From the human T2T-CHM13v2.0 reference genome, Homo sapiens, in assembly GCF_009914755.1 (NCBI RefSeq), contig NC_060933.1: 64,000 nt of DNA; one strand, written 5' to 3'. The position numbers and the translations under genes are program-made. The notes below the pieces were generated by a model, which saw only the letters and a program-made list of their open reading frames with translations, searched no databases and was not told where the DNA came from. Position 1 is the first letter of the stretch; each line of letters opens with the position of its first letter. Shown piece by piece: positions 43,505 to 58,028 of the stretch.

Positions 43505-45846
43505 AGAAAATTTCTTAGATATGAAAAGGATGAGAAATAATTTCTCCTACAAATTGTATATATAAAATTCTTTTAAAGTGACAGCCATCTGACAAGATAT
43601 AAATAAAAATTAAGTACTCAATCATGGTAGATACCAGTTACTTTAACATCCTAATGAAGGACCTCTGACCATAAAACTGCAACTGCTTTATAAGAGAATG
43701 GAAAGAAGACAGAGGTCAAAAGCTCTATATATAAATCCTGGATAACTATGTGACCGAGGACAAATCAATTTCTTTTTTTAAAAATTCATTTTTAATTGAC
43801 AAGTAAAATTGTTTATATTCATGATGTACAATAAGATATCTTAGATTATATAAATACATATGCACATATAAAATATGAAAGTTTAATTATTATTGTCCCA
43901 CAGTGATTGATTTAAAAATTATCTAGCAGCATCAGCAGTAGTTTGTATTTCTCCTTCCAGAAAGATCCCTATTAAAATGCAGGTAAGCTTTCTTATTGTT
44001 ACATGAATACTTGTATTTGGGCTTATATATTCCATTAATTAGAAAATTCTTACTTCCTTGTGAGAGAATTTAATCTTAAATTTTTCCAAAATTTAAAAAA
44101 ATTTTTTTTCTAGAGAAAGTAGCTCTTTTATCTGAATACAGTGTCCAGAATCTGGCCCTTTTTCTATTCAACCTTTTTTTCTCTGTCTCTCATTATGAAC
44201 CATTTAGACTGTCCCCCTTTATATATCATCATCTCCTCCTTCTGTTTACTCCCCAGAAAATATTCAGCTTTGTCTCATGTTTTCCCCTCTTGTCATGCTC
44301 TCTCTTCCCACAGTGTGATCTTCTCTGTACTCCACTTAACTTCAAATTGCCCATCCTGCACAATTCTTCTGATGACTTTAGCCATTACTTGTGCTCCGTA
44401 ACTCACCATTTAGCTTATTCTGTGAATGGCCAGTCATATTTTATTATATTCATGTTTCAAGGTTTACTTATTATGCATTTCAGTAATATGCTATTTTAGA
44501 CTTTATGTGTCTTTTAATGTATTTTTAAAATGAGCTTGAATGTCATTAAGCTCAGGAGCAAAGGAGGGGATGGTGAATTCAAATAACAACACTAAATATT
44601 ATCTCAACTAGTTGGTCACATTCACTAATATAAAAGTTCTTTAGAAAGTTCAAGCTTGCTGTTCAATGTGCAGAAAGAATCTTTCTTTAAGAGCCTAATC
44701 TAACTAATATAATTGGAACTAAAAGATGCATACAATATAAGAGCAGACAGCAGGGCATCTAATTTATTAATTTACACTGAGCTATTAAACTGTTACAAAA
44801 ACAAAAATACTTAAGAGGACTGCTGCAATATTGAAAGAGATAATGCACATGAGGCCTGAAATATGGTGAGCATTTAGACATCAGTTATCATGCTATTTGT
44901 TTCAGTTCTTTATTGTCCAGTTATGTAAAAATCCACTTGATAACGGTATAGCTTCCTTGCATTTCTGATTGTGCTGATGGTGTTCTAAATAGACTCCTCC
45001 TTTTCCTTTGGGCTGTCTTCTCTCCTCTAGATATCTTTCATTTTTACCCTGTGAGTATTAATATGAAAATGTGGCCTAGGTTTTTCTTGCTTCTACAGTC
45101 AACTTTGACTTCATCTGTACTCTGATAAGTAGATTAGAAGAAATCCATGAGCTTTCATTAAAGCTTACTATAAAAGCTTATGATTTTAGAATTTACCAAA
45201 TTCTGCTGTTAAATGTCTATTTCTTGGTTTAGTAGTCAGAGGTAAGGGAATTTTATTTACCTCATGTTTAATTTTAGAGGGTTGTCTCAGTATATCATCT
45301 AAGAATAGTTTATAGAATATTAAGTGCCCCATAAGCATGTTGGGGTCTAAACTAGTATTCTGAAAATAATAGCAATGACTTTCTTTTTTCTCATGACATA
45401 CTCATGGTAGTAAATTTAGAAAAATGTATTTGGTTTACTTACCTTGAATTAATCCATTTCAAATATTTAATTAAGACATATATGTGCTTTAATTTGAGCT
45501 ATTCAATGAATCACCATGGGAACTGACACACAGATTACACTTTCCCTAATAAACAAGTTGACAGTCTGCTTTATCTGACAATAGCAAGCATATGACATTT
45601 CTGACAAAGAAAGAAATGGCAATGTAACAATTATATACAGCTTTTACATTCTCCTTGGATACTATAAAAGCATTTAGAAATTTTCTGTTGATGATTCTAC
45701 AACAGATATAAATTAAACCAAGCTATTGTTTCTGAATATATGGAGAATAAATTGTCTCTTAACACCTCTGCAGAGCTTAAGTAAAATTTGATAATTATAT
45801 ATGTGGCAACATTATGTAATTTCAATAAAGTGAACCATTTATGACC

Positions 45847-46156
45847 TTTTTTTTTTTTGAGACAGAGTTTCACTTTGTTGCCCTGGCTGGAGTGCAGTGA
45901 CACAGTCACCTCTCACTGCAGCCTTGACCACTGAGACCTCCCTGGTCTCAGGTCAAGTGACACTCCCACCTTAGCCTCCAGAGTAGCTGGGACCACAGGC
46001 GCATGCCACCATGCTCAGCTAATGTTTTGATTTTTTTGTAGAGATGGGGTTTCACCATGTTGTCTAAGTTGGTCTTGAACTCCTCAACTTAAGTGATCCT
46101 CCTTACTCAGCCTCCCAAAGTGCTGGGATTATAAGTTTGAGCCACCACATCCGGCC
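45847..46156 (-). mobile_element. AluJ with a small internal insertion
   Basis: J-type CACTGCAGCCTTGACC and CCCACCTTAGCC. Confidence 0.92.
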
Positions 46157-46652
46157 TATGTATGTACAGAAATAAAATTGTATGTAATAGAAATAAAATA
46201 TGAGAGCAAGGACATGAGTAATTTGAACCTTGCTATTTCATGAGCATTTGGGTATGTTCAAGTTATAACCCTTCTATGAATCCAGTTTGAGCAGAAGGCA
46301 AGGTTTTAGGGATACAAGCTTATAAAGAGATGTTGTAAGATACAATTTTGAACTTCTCTACCACATATATATATATAAACTATGCAAGTTATGAAATCTT
46401 ATATGCAAATATATGTTAGTATTGCCTAAAATTGAGGACACATATATTCCACTGGGGAGCCAGAGACCCAGGCCAATCCTAGCCCTGCTGCTGGCTTCTC
46501 TTCTTCCTCCCTGCACAGAGTTATGGAAGAAGAAAGAATAAAAAATGAGGACAAGAGTTATCACTCCTATAGCCAAGCAGCTCCTACTGGACCCAACCCT
46601 CCTGTACATAGCAGCTAAAACCTCCAGACAAACTAGAAAAACATCGTTGACA

Positions 46653-47000
<348 letters not shown>

Positions 47001-47521
47001 CTAGAGCTGAGTTGACACTTAAAAAATGTTACTGTGAGAGTTGTTTGTTTTTGCTTGGCTTTTACTTTGAAGGTAGGCCAACATTTTCAATGTGAGATTG
47101 TGGTGAGAGCTCTTATAGAAAAATCTGTTGATTTTCTGGCCTGAAAAATGGCAGACGTATTTTAAGACAACTGTACTTCTGAAAACTGAAGGGAGAATCC
47201 TGGAAAGAGACAGCCACAGATGAGGTGCCACAAATTCTGAGTACAAGCCCTATCCTTGCCTTATTGGTGAACCATGCTTCTATGGTGCAGACTCAAAGTA
47301 ACTTTCAACGTGTACTAGAATAACTAAACTGAAATTTGAGCTGCTACTCATGAGATGTAATAAAATGTTTGTAATCTGAATCTAACCAAATTATTGCCTA
47401 TTAAAAATATCAGCATTCATAAGAAGAATACAACCGAATGCAGATTTTATATTGTATTCACAATAAGGAGGATAGAATAAAAAATAATTGTGTACGAGAA
47501 ACCGTAAAAATGTTACTAGTT

Positions 47522-48660
<1,139 letters not shown>

Positions 48661-48935
48661 TACTCTTTCTTAAAGATAAAACTCAACAAATTTTAACCTT
48701 AAGATTATTCAGATGATGGAATTTTCATACAAAGACTTTAAAGCAGAAAAAGAAGTAAACTATCTCAATGTGGAAAAAAGACATCTAAGAGAAACATAAA
48801 GCTAATATAATTAATGTTGAAATATTCAGTTTTTTCTCTATAGTCAGTAACAAGGTAATGATGTCTGCTTTTACATTTATTTGATATTGCACTTATGTAT
48901 TCATACTTGATCTGTGTGCATAAAATTTATACAGT

Positions 48936-49087
48936 TTTATCATCTGTGTATGTTCATGTATCTACCACCAGAGTCAAGATATAAAAATCATCCCACAGTC
49001 CCAACAATGGACTGTTATTGGGACTGTGGGATGATTTTTGTATCTTGACTCTTGGTGGTCGATACATGAACATACACAGGTGATAAA
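48936..49087. repeat. Long inverted repeat (~70-bp arms, 13-nt spacer)
   Basis: 48936-49004 vs reverse complement of 49018-49087: 3 substitutions and 1 indel by manual alignment. Confidence 0.97.
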
Positions 49088-50009
49088 CATTCTTCAGCAT
49101 GGATATTCCACATTTCATTTATCAATTCACCAGCTGATGAGCATTTGTGTTGTTTTCCATTTTTTACTAGTATAAATAAAGTTACTATGGATATCCTTAT
49201 ACAGTCCTATATGTGGACACATGTTTTCATTTGTTTTGGGTAAATACCTAGCAATGGGGTGGGTGGGTTTCAAAACAGGTGAATATTTAGCTTTTAAAGA
49301 AACTGTTAGCTTCATTAGCTAACTGCTGTTGCCCTTTTATAACCACACCCAGCTCCCTTTCCACCCCATCTAATCCCTGGAAACCACTGATCTCTCTTCC
49401 ATTTCTGAAGTCAGGATGCCCAGACTGGGACATTTGCTGTGACTGCATCCATGTTTCTTGTGCTGCATGCATCCCTGAGCAGGGAAAGGGAGTCTCACAT
49501 GAGACAAGTTTTCCGAAATTGGGAAAACTGCTCTAATGAGTATAACTGCTCTCTTGCAATTTCAGCTCTCCCACCTCTTTATCTTTTCAGAGTAAAGTTG
49601 TATTTCAGGCCCAGTGGGATAGATAGCATTTCCCCTGGCCACTTTTTTTTGGTGGGCCCCCTGAATGATTCCCTTTGCCAGTGGGGTCAAGCTTGTCTGA
49701 TGTTGCCACACAGATTCTTCTTTGTGTGGAGATATGAGCCTACCTGGGCTGTCTTCTGTTGCTAGGTTGGGGATGGGAAACAATTAATCCATATGGCCTT
49801 CCTCTGTTGGTTGGGAGAACACAAGCTACCTGCCATTATTTTATTCCTTCATTTCTGTAGTCACAAACTAACTCCTCACTTTCCTCTTACTCCTTTGGAA
49901 TTTTCCTTTGGTTGTCTTTGCGACATTTTCAAGGTTTATAGTTGTGCTCCATGAGGATCAGAAGAGAAATATGGGTCTATATCATCTTTCCCAAACTAGA
50001 AGTCTTCCC

Positions 50010-51390
50010 AAACAAATTTTTTTAAAAGAAGAAAAATTTGGTAAACTTATATTATCTAATTTAAACTCCTATTATAAAGCTACAGTGATTAAGAGAATAT
50101 GGTATGAGCAACAGTATAGATGCTGGATCAAGGGAACAGAATAGGAATCGTAGAAATACAATCACTACGTATGTTTAATTGATTATCTTTAAATGTTCCA
50201 TGACAATTAATGGAGAATGAAAATATAAGAATAACTGGTTACCCATATGAATAAAAATGAACTTCAAACTTCACCTCACATATACACAAAAATAATGCAA
50301 AATGGATCATGCATCTGAATATAAAAGCTAAAATTATAAAACTTCTACAAAATATTTATGGCTATGACATGGCCAAACATTTCTCAGATTACAATATAAA
50401 GCACGAACCATAAAATTAAGAAAATAAATGATGAGTTGGAGTTTACTATAGTTAAAATTCATTTGGTTTTTGCAGGACACTATGAAGAAAATAAATAGTA
50501 CAACAATTAATATAATAAAACATTCTTTTAAATCTAACAGATAATTTGTATCTAGAATATGTAAAGAACACATAAAGCTCAATAGTAAGAAAAGAACAAA
50601 CAGTAGAAAAAATGATAAATGATTTTATAAAGTTATTAACAAAATAGCATGTACAAATATCTTAAAAGCGTACATTCTCAATATTATTAACCGTGAGGGA
50701 ATTACAAATTAGAACCATAATTTGATATGAATACACAACTCTTAGAATTGCTAAAATTAAAAATATTTAAATTCACAATTGCTAGTAAAAATGTGGAACA
50801 ACTTGGACTCTCATACCCTTTTGGTGTGAATATGAAATGGTGCAACCACTTTAGAAAACTAACGTCTCTTTAAAAGCTAAATATTTACCTGTTATGAAAC
50901 CCAGCCACTGCATTGCTAGGTATTTACCCAAACAAATGAAAACACATGTCCACATAGAGAACTGTATAAGAATATCAACAGTAATTTTATTTATACTAGT
51001 AAAAAAATGGAAAACAACACAAATGTTCATCAGCTGGTGAATTGATAAATGGAATCTGGAATATCCTTGCTAAAGAATGTTATTCAGATATAAAATGAAC
51101 AAGTCACAGATACCAAAAGCTAAAAAAAAAAAAAAAATCTTACAATCATTATGGTGAGTAAAAAAAGTTACAAATAATTATATCTAATGGATGATTTTAT
51201 TTATATATATGAACATATGTCATATATATTTACATATAAATATATATGTTAGAAAAAGAAATCCAATCTATAATGAGATAGCAAATAGCATCAGATGACT
51301 TGGGGAGGTGGTGGAAATATTCTGTGTCCTAAGGGCAGCAATAATTTTACAGTGTATAAATATGTCAAAATGCATAAGATTGAACACTTT
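50010..51390 (+). mobile_element. Old L1ME/L1MC ORF2 3' end and 3'UTR
   Basis: TATAAAGCTACAGTGATTAAGA, AAATGGTGCAACCACTTTAGAAAA, CTAGGTATTTACCCA. Confidence 0.85.
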
Positions 51391-52345
51391 GAATAAAAGA
51401 TTTTTTGCTCTCTTCCTTCCTCATAGGGCCTATTTAAGTAAAAAAAAAAAGACACCTATTATAAATCAAATATGTCAATATATTACAATTTGTACCTCTG
51501 CTTCTTAATGTACAGACTACTTGTCATTCTTACCCTTCAATTACGTATGTAAAGGCAAGAAAGAATAAAACTGCTCAAAAGTGTATGCTTTGTTTAGTGA
51601 GAAGAACCTTCTTGAGATTGAATGCAGAGTTCAAAATATTAGTTTAAATGTTTTTAATTTTTACACTATGCACTCTATGTTGTTTAAATTATTTTCATAT
51701 AATGTATATTCAAATTATAATTTAAAATCACCATAATAAAAATAGCAACACTAATTTTTCCATCAGGATGAAAGATAATCACTGTCAATATTTTAGTATA
51801 TGTTTTCTCACAATTACCTTCTATTTTTTCAGAAGGAAAACATCTTTACTTTTGATGTTTACTTTTGAATATGAGATGATATATGATTTACTGCAAAGAT
51901 TTTGAACTATATATACTATTGATAGGAAGCAAATAAAAATCACCTGATATTTCATTACATTGATAATCATCATTAACACTTAATGACCATTCAGACACCT
52001 CTTTTATGGCTACATATGTACACTCTCCTATATAATTCTTCATGAATTTGTATGTTATATATGATAATTTTATCACATATACATTTTAAAAATACTTCTT
52101 TTGCAATTCTCATTTTATGCAGTAAGATTTCACTAAAATGCAACATAATAAAAATATCTATGTTATTAAAACATTAGACAAACATCAACCTTACCCAGAT
52201 AGGGAATCAAGAGTAGCTAGCAATAACAGTCATACAAAATAGAAATTTTCTAAATTTTTCAATAGAGAAGAGTAGGTAGATGTCAAAATTTAGAAAGAAA
52301 ACAAGATTTAGTTTCTCATAAAATTGAGAGAGAGTGGTTTTATTC

Positions 52346-52392
52346 TTAGGTTGGTGCAAAAGTAATTGCAGGTCTTGCCATTACTTTTAATG
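52346..52392 (+). mobile_element. MADE1 (Hsmar1-derived MITE), left half only
   Basis: TTAGGTTGGTGCAAAAGTAATTGCAGGTCTTGCCATTACTTTTAATG matches the first half of the 80-bp MADE1 palindrome. Confidence 0.9.
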
Positions 52393-52620
52393 TTTAACTA
52401 AGATGTGGTAGTTTCATGGGTAAAGAAAGGCTTAACTTAAATGTAGTAGTTTCATGGATAAAGAAAGGTTTAACTCAGATACAGTAGTTTCATGAGTAAA
52501 GAATGGTTTAACTTAAATGTAGTAGTTTCATGGGTAAAGAAAGGTTTGACTTAGATACAGTAGTATCATGGGTAAAGAACGGTTTAGCTTAAATGTAGTA
52601 GTTTCATGGGTAAAGAAAGG
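52393..52620. repeat. Minisatellite, 6 x 38 bp
   Basis: Consensus TTTAACTTAAATGTAGTAGTTTCATGGGTAAAGAAAGG; exactly 228 bp. Confidence 0.97.
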
Positions 52621-52699
52621 TGTATACTATGTCAACTACAAATACTTTCTGAAGAACATAAATGTGTGAAATCTATTTGTAAAAAACTCCTTAAAGGTG

Positions 52700-52858
52700 A
52701 AGACTGAGAGGATGGTGAGGACTAAAAAACTGCCTATCAGGTACTATGCCTATTACCTGGGTAACAAAATAATATGTACACCAAACCTCCACAACAGGCA
52801 ATTTATCTATAGAACAAACCTGCACATGTACCCCTAAAACAAAAATAAATGTTTAAAA
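52700..52858 (+). mobile_element. L1PA15/16-like 3' end
   Basis: AAAAACTGCCTATCAGGTACTATG...ACAAACCTGCACATGTACCCC...AAAATAAA. Confidence 0.85.
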
Positions 52859-52934
52859 TTTTTCTTTTTCTACTTTATCATTTTCAAATTTCTAAATCAT
52901 TTTTAAGAATCTATTAATAGATATTGGGTCGAAA

Positions 52935-53105
52935 TCCAGATTTCAGATCCAGAATGCCTGTGCCTGAATACTGGCTCTGTCATTTTCACGCCCCATGAAC
53001 TTGGGGAAAAAACTTAACCTTTCTTTACCAGAGTTTCATTATCTGAAAAATAGCCAATAGTAATACTATCTGTCTTAAGGTACTGTTGCTGGAAGTAAAT
53101 CAATG
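52935..53105 (+). mobile_element. MIR
   Basis: CTGGCTCTGTCATTT...GAACTTGGG...ACTTAACCT...AGTTTCATTATCTGAAAAAT. Confidence 0.7.
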
Positions 53106-56100
53106 CTATAAATTAAACAGTAGCTGCTGTTTCTTAGGTGATCTTGAAGTACTTGCATTATTATGTATTATAGAATTTTAAAAGTCCCTTTCACATGCAA
53201 ATAAGGCTTAGAAGAATGCAGTTCAGGTATTCTCACTGATTGCTTAAATTATGAAATTAAATGAAGTAATTTGTTCAAAATCAGAGTTGCAATTCAGTTC
53301 CTAGACTTGCGTTATTCATGATTTACTGTTTCTACCCAGCAGCATTTGATGATGCTTTAAGAAAATACCAGATATTTTATATTATAACTTTCACAGGCTA
53401 AATTTTCTTTTTCAATTAATCACTCATTCAGCTGAATGACAACTATTTAAGAAGGAAATAAGCCAATTTATATCTGGGACTATCAATCTGCTCTTAACAG
53501 AATAGACAATTGGCTGATATAAAACTCTAGGTGTGCAATAACATTTCTTCTTCCTAATTTGTTGTAAATGTCTTCTTTTCTCAGTCATTTAGAATCATGA
53601 AAGAGAATTCTGAGCCTGGATTTTGCTTCTAAATCCCTGTAACTGCAAGTTCTTAGGAATATTTTCTTTAAATCTCTAGTTTGAATTTTGTCCACATGTG
53701 ATTTTTATTCCATCATTTTTTTCTGGTGTGGTAAGTACACATATACTTTTATTTTTCTCCTGTGTCTTCATTGATAACTTGGTACAAATTAACAGAGGCA
53801 GATTTTTGGTTACAAGCCAGCTGCACCCTTAAATTAAAAAGCCCTTATTTATATTTATCCATATGGTTCATTACTATGAATTTATAAGTGTTTCATTTTG
53901 ACAATTTTTAAAATAAGAAAATATTTAAATCATAAGATAAAATAAATATTGGGCTTTGTAATGAATTACATCACAATCCATGTGTAGTAATAAATGAAAG
54001 ACACTTATTTAGCAGAAATGGTAACATACCAAACAGCAAATAATATAGGGAGTGGTTTTAATCCTCTATCGTTGAAAATTAGTGAAACTCTCTGTCTCAT
54101 AGGACCAAAAATGTTTGGTCTAGCTCAAAACTAATCTTATTTTGTGTACTTTATATTATTATATATTTTGAAGGTTGTACTGCAAGCACTGTCTAGCTTA
54201 GAACTCTTAGATAATGAATTGGAATGAATTGGAATGGCTGTCCGTTGTGTGTGGAGTTTGGCACCAGTCTCTCTAGTTGTAATTGCTCAAGTGTAAGACT
54301 TTAAATACAGCACCTGCATTGACTGTATTTCTCTGTCTTGGCTATCTATGCCTCCCATTGCTAGCTTTTAATCTTAGTTCATCCTCTCACTTGCTTTATC
54401 CTATCCAAGATTACCCAATGAAGTAAAAAGAGTAGTTCTTGATCTAAGTAATTGTTTTGACCCCTCCATATTTAATTAACTTTCCTTAATACCACCATTG
54501 ATTTTGAACTATCAATGAAAATTGAATAAATATATTTTTTAAAAACCTGGGGCCACCAATGAATGATGCTTCTCTTCCTCCCAGGTGTTCGATAAATATT
54601 TATGGGCTTGAAAACTAGAAAACATAAAGTTATTTTCCCAGAAGGATTTGCTTCATTTGAACCCCAAATAATGAAAGGCAGCAATATATATTTTCTAAGC
54701 GTTTACTTTGATCTGATGTCTCATTAAAACTATCAGTCACAAAGAATTGCTTAATTGTGTAGTAGGGCTATATTCAAAATATCCAATTACATTTCCTTCA
54801 ATTAACTTTTGCTAGCTGATGTTTACAAGTAATTTAGTGAAATTAGGTGAAGGTTAAATTACTGTAGCAATCAGAGGTGTGCTTAAGTGGTAAAATATAG
54901 AGCAAGAACTGCTTGTTCTTATAAATATGCATATTAACACACTGCCCTCAGGATATAACATCAACCCTCCTCATTTAATGCTAGTAATAAATCTCCATGT
55001 GCCGTTGCTTCAGGTTGCGGAACTCCATGATGTATACTCAGCCATTTAAACAAATTAGCTTTCCATAAACAGATTTTTAAACTATGCCCTTTAAAGCCAC
55101 ACTCTATTAATCTGTTGATATTCCCCAATCTATAATTCTAGCTCTAACTTTTTCGAAATTCATACCTAAACTTCCAACTTCCAACTAATTATTACTAACT
55201 GGAAGCTTCTCAGTAAGAAGTGTTCCTCACTATTTTGTAAATTGAGCTTATTTATCTGTCTCCAATATAACTCGCTCCTCTCATGAATTCTTTATTTATA
55301 TGTAGTGTTGGCATCTTCCAAAACACAAATTTTACTCATCCCCATTCGCATCCCCACAACGGCACTAGATGTCTCCTATTTTCTTCAACCACACAAATAA
55401 TCTTTTTTTCTTCCTTTTATCTCCCAATGCCTTACAGAGGCCTTTGCTATTTTTGTTTCTAAATTATCCCTTATTAGAAATTATTTCAGAAATAATTCAA
55501 TAAATGCTCATTTAAAAAATGTGAACAATGCCAATAGGTCCCAGGAAAATTAAAAAGCTCTCTAGTCACATAACTTGGAATTTTTCATCATTAAAATGTT
55601 TGTGTGTAAACTATTTTCTTACGTGAATCGTAAACACACTTAACAATATATATTTTTTAACATGCTGAGATTGTCCCAGTTTTAGGGATTTTATACTCAT
55701 TATTTTTTCTTCCTAGATATTTCTGTTAATCTATTTACATTATTATATTTGAAGTGAGTTCTTTTTGTAGATAGTATATATGTAGGTTATATTTTTTTCT
55801 GCTCTGATAATCTCCTGTCTCTTAATTCGGATGTTTAAACTATTGTCATTTAAGGTAATTATTAATATGTACAGATTTAAATAAGTCATATCATTTTTCA
55901 TTTTTGTCCTCTGTGTTTATTTCTTTCCCCCTTTGAAGAATATTTTTGTTTAGTATTCTGTCTTAATTTCTCTTGTGATTTTGACTACATCTTGTTGAAA
56001 TTTTTTTCTTACAGTTGCTCTAAATATTACACAATATATACTAAATCTTTCAGTTTACTAAGCATTGATATTTACCAGTTGAATTACAATGTAGAAACCT

Positions 56101-56524
56101 TAACACAATATAGGCCTCTGATCCTATAGTTGTCTTATATATTACATCTATATACATTGAAAATTCCAGCAAAGTTTTAGTTTTAGCTTTCAACTTTCAA
56201 ATAGATTTTAAATAACTCAAGAAGAGCTGATAGTCTATTATATTTACCTTGACTTTTACCAGTTTTTTTCTTTCTTATTTCTTGGTGTCATTGTCCTTTA
56301 GTGCAAAGAACTTCTATTAGCAATTTTTTTTTTAGAGTAAATCTGTTTTCTGTGAATTGTTTTAGTTTTCCTTTATCTGAGAATGTCATTATTTTACTTT
56401 CATTCCTAAAGAATATTATTACTGAATATGGAATTATGGGTTAACAATTCATTCTTTCAGTCCTTTAAAATGTTATGCCACATCCTTCTAGACTCTACAA
56501 TTTATGATGAGAAATATGCAATCA

Positions 56525-56790
56525 GGCCAGGCGTGGTGGCTCACGCCTGTAATCCCAGCACTTTGGGAGGCAGAGGCCTGCCAATCACTTGAGGTCAGAA
56601 ATTTGAGACCAGCCTTGCCAACATGGTAAAATCCCATCTCCACTAAAAATAACAAAAAATTATTCCTGTAATCCCAGGTACTTGGGAGGCCTTGGTGGGA
56701 GGATTGCTTAAACCCCGGGAGGCAGAGGCTGCAGTCAGCTGAGATCACTCCATGGCACTCAAGCCTGGGTGACAGAGCAAGACTCTGTCT

Positions 56791-56827
<37 letters not shown>
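56525..56827 (+). mobile_element. Alu (J/old S) lacking ~20 nt at the start of the right monomer
   Basis: AAAAAATTATT|CCTGTAATCCC junction; A36 tail; TSD core GCAATCA. Confidence 0.92.
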
Positions 56828-56828
<1 letters not shown>

Positions 56829-57495
56829 CAATCATTCAAATTATTATTCTCCTATAGGGAATGCATTGGCTTTTTTTCTCTGGCTGCTTTTAATATTTTA
56901 TCTTTGTCTTTAGTTTTCCAGCTTTGATTGTGATGTGTCTAGCCCTGAATTTCTTTCGATTTATTCTGTTTGGGATTCACTCAGCCTCTTGAATCTCAAT
57001 GTTTGTGTCTTTTACCAACCTTGAAATTTTGGGGGCATTATTTCTTCATATTATTTTTCTAGGACTGCGCTCTTTCTCTTTTACTCCTGGAATTCTAATT
57101 TTAAAATGTTACAATTTTGGTTAATGTCTCAGACAACGGGATATTTTTCTTTATTCTTTTTTAATCATTTTTTTTCTCTGTTGTTCAGATTCATAATCTA
57201 CTGATATATTTTCTAGTAATTGACTATTTTGCCATGTCTATTCTGCCATTCCGTCTATCCAGTGATTTCCTTATTTTGGTTATTATATCGTTCAGTTCTC
57301 GATTTAGATTTGATTCTTTATGTCTTTTATTTCTTTTCTGAAACATCAGTTTAACATTTGTTGTAGGAGTGTTTCTGTCTGATCCATGTTGACCTATGTT
57401 AATTACCTTTTCTATTGAGCAGAAGTGTAGGTGGTGCTTCATGTGCCAAGTAATTTTGTATTGTATCCTGGACATTTAAAATATGATACTCTGCA

Positions 57496-57787
57496 GCCGG
57501 GCGCGGTGGCTCATGCCTGTAATCCCAGCACTTTGGGAGGTTGAGGCGGGTGGAACACGAAGTCAGGAGATAGAGACCATCCTGGCTAACACGGTGAAAC
57601 CCCGTCTCTGCTAAAAACACAAAAAATTAGCCAGGCGTGGTGGTGGGCGCCTGTAGTCCCAGCTACTCAGGAGGCTGAAGCAGGAGAATGGCAAGAACCC
57701 GGGAGGCGGAGCTTTCAGTGAGCCAAAATCGCACCACTGCACTCTAGCCTGGGTGACAGAGCGACACTCTGTCTCAAAAAAAAAAAA
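57496..57787 (+). mobile_element. AluY
   Basis: CCATCCTGGCTAACACGG, GGAGAATGGC; TSD ATATGATACTCTGCA (57481-57495 / 58029-58043) encloses the expanded tail. Confidence 0.95.
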
Positions 57788-58028
57788 TATATATATATAT
57801 ATATATACACATGTATATGTATATATATATACACACATGTATATGTATATATATATACACACATGTATATGTATATATATACACACATGTATATGTATAT
57901 ATATACACACATGTATATGTATATATATACACACATGTATATGTATATATATACACATGTATATGTATATATATACACATGTATATGTATATATATATAC
58001 ACACACACACATATATATACAAAAATAT
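57787..58028. repeat. TA/CA-rich minisatellite (8 units of ~22-26 bp, core CATGTATATGTATATATATACA)
   Basis: Directly visible; source of the spurious YI/CV ORFs in the track. Confidence 0.95.

Noticed and set aside
52393-52620. CRISPR-like array
   Set aside because: Head-to-tail units with no unique spacers, no cas genes, and human context
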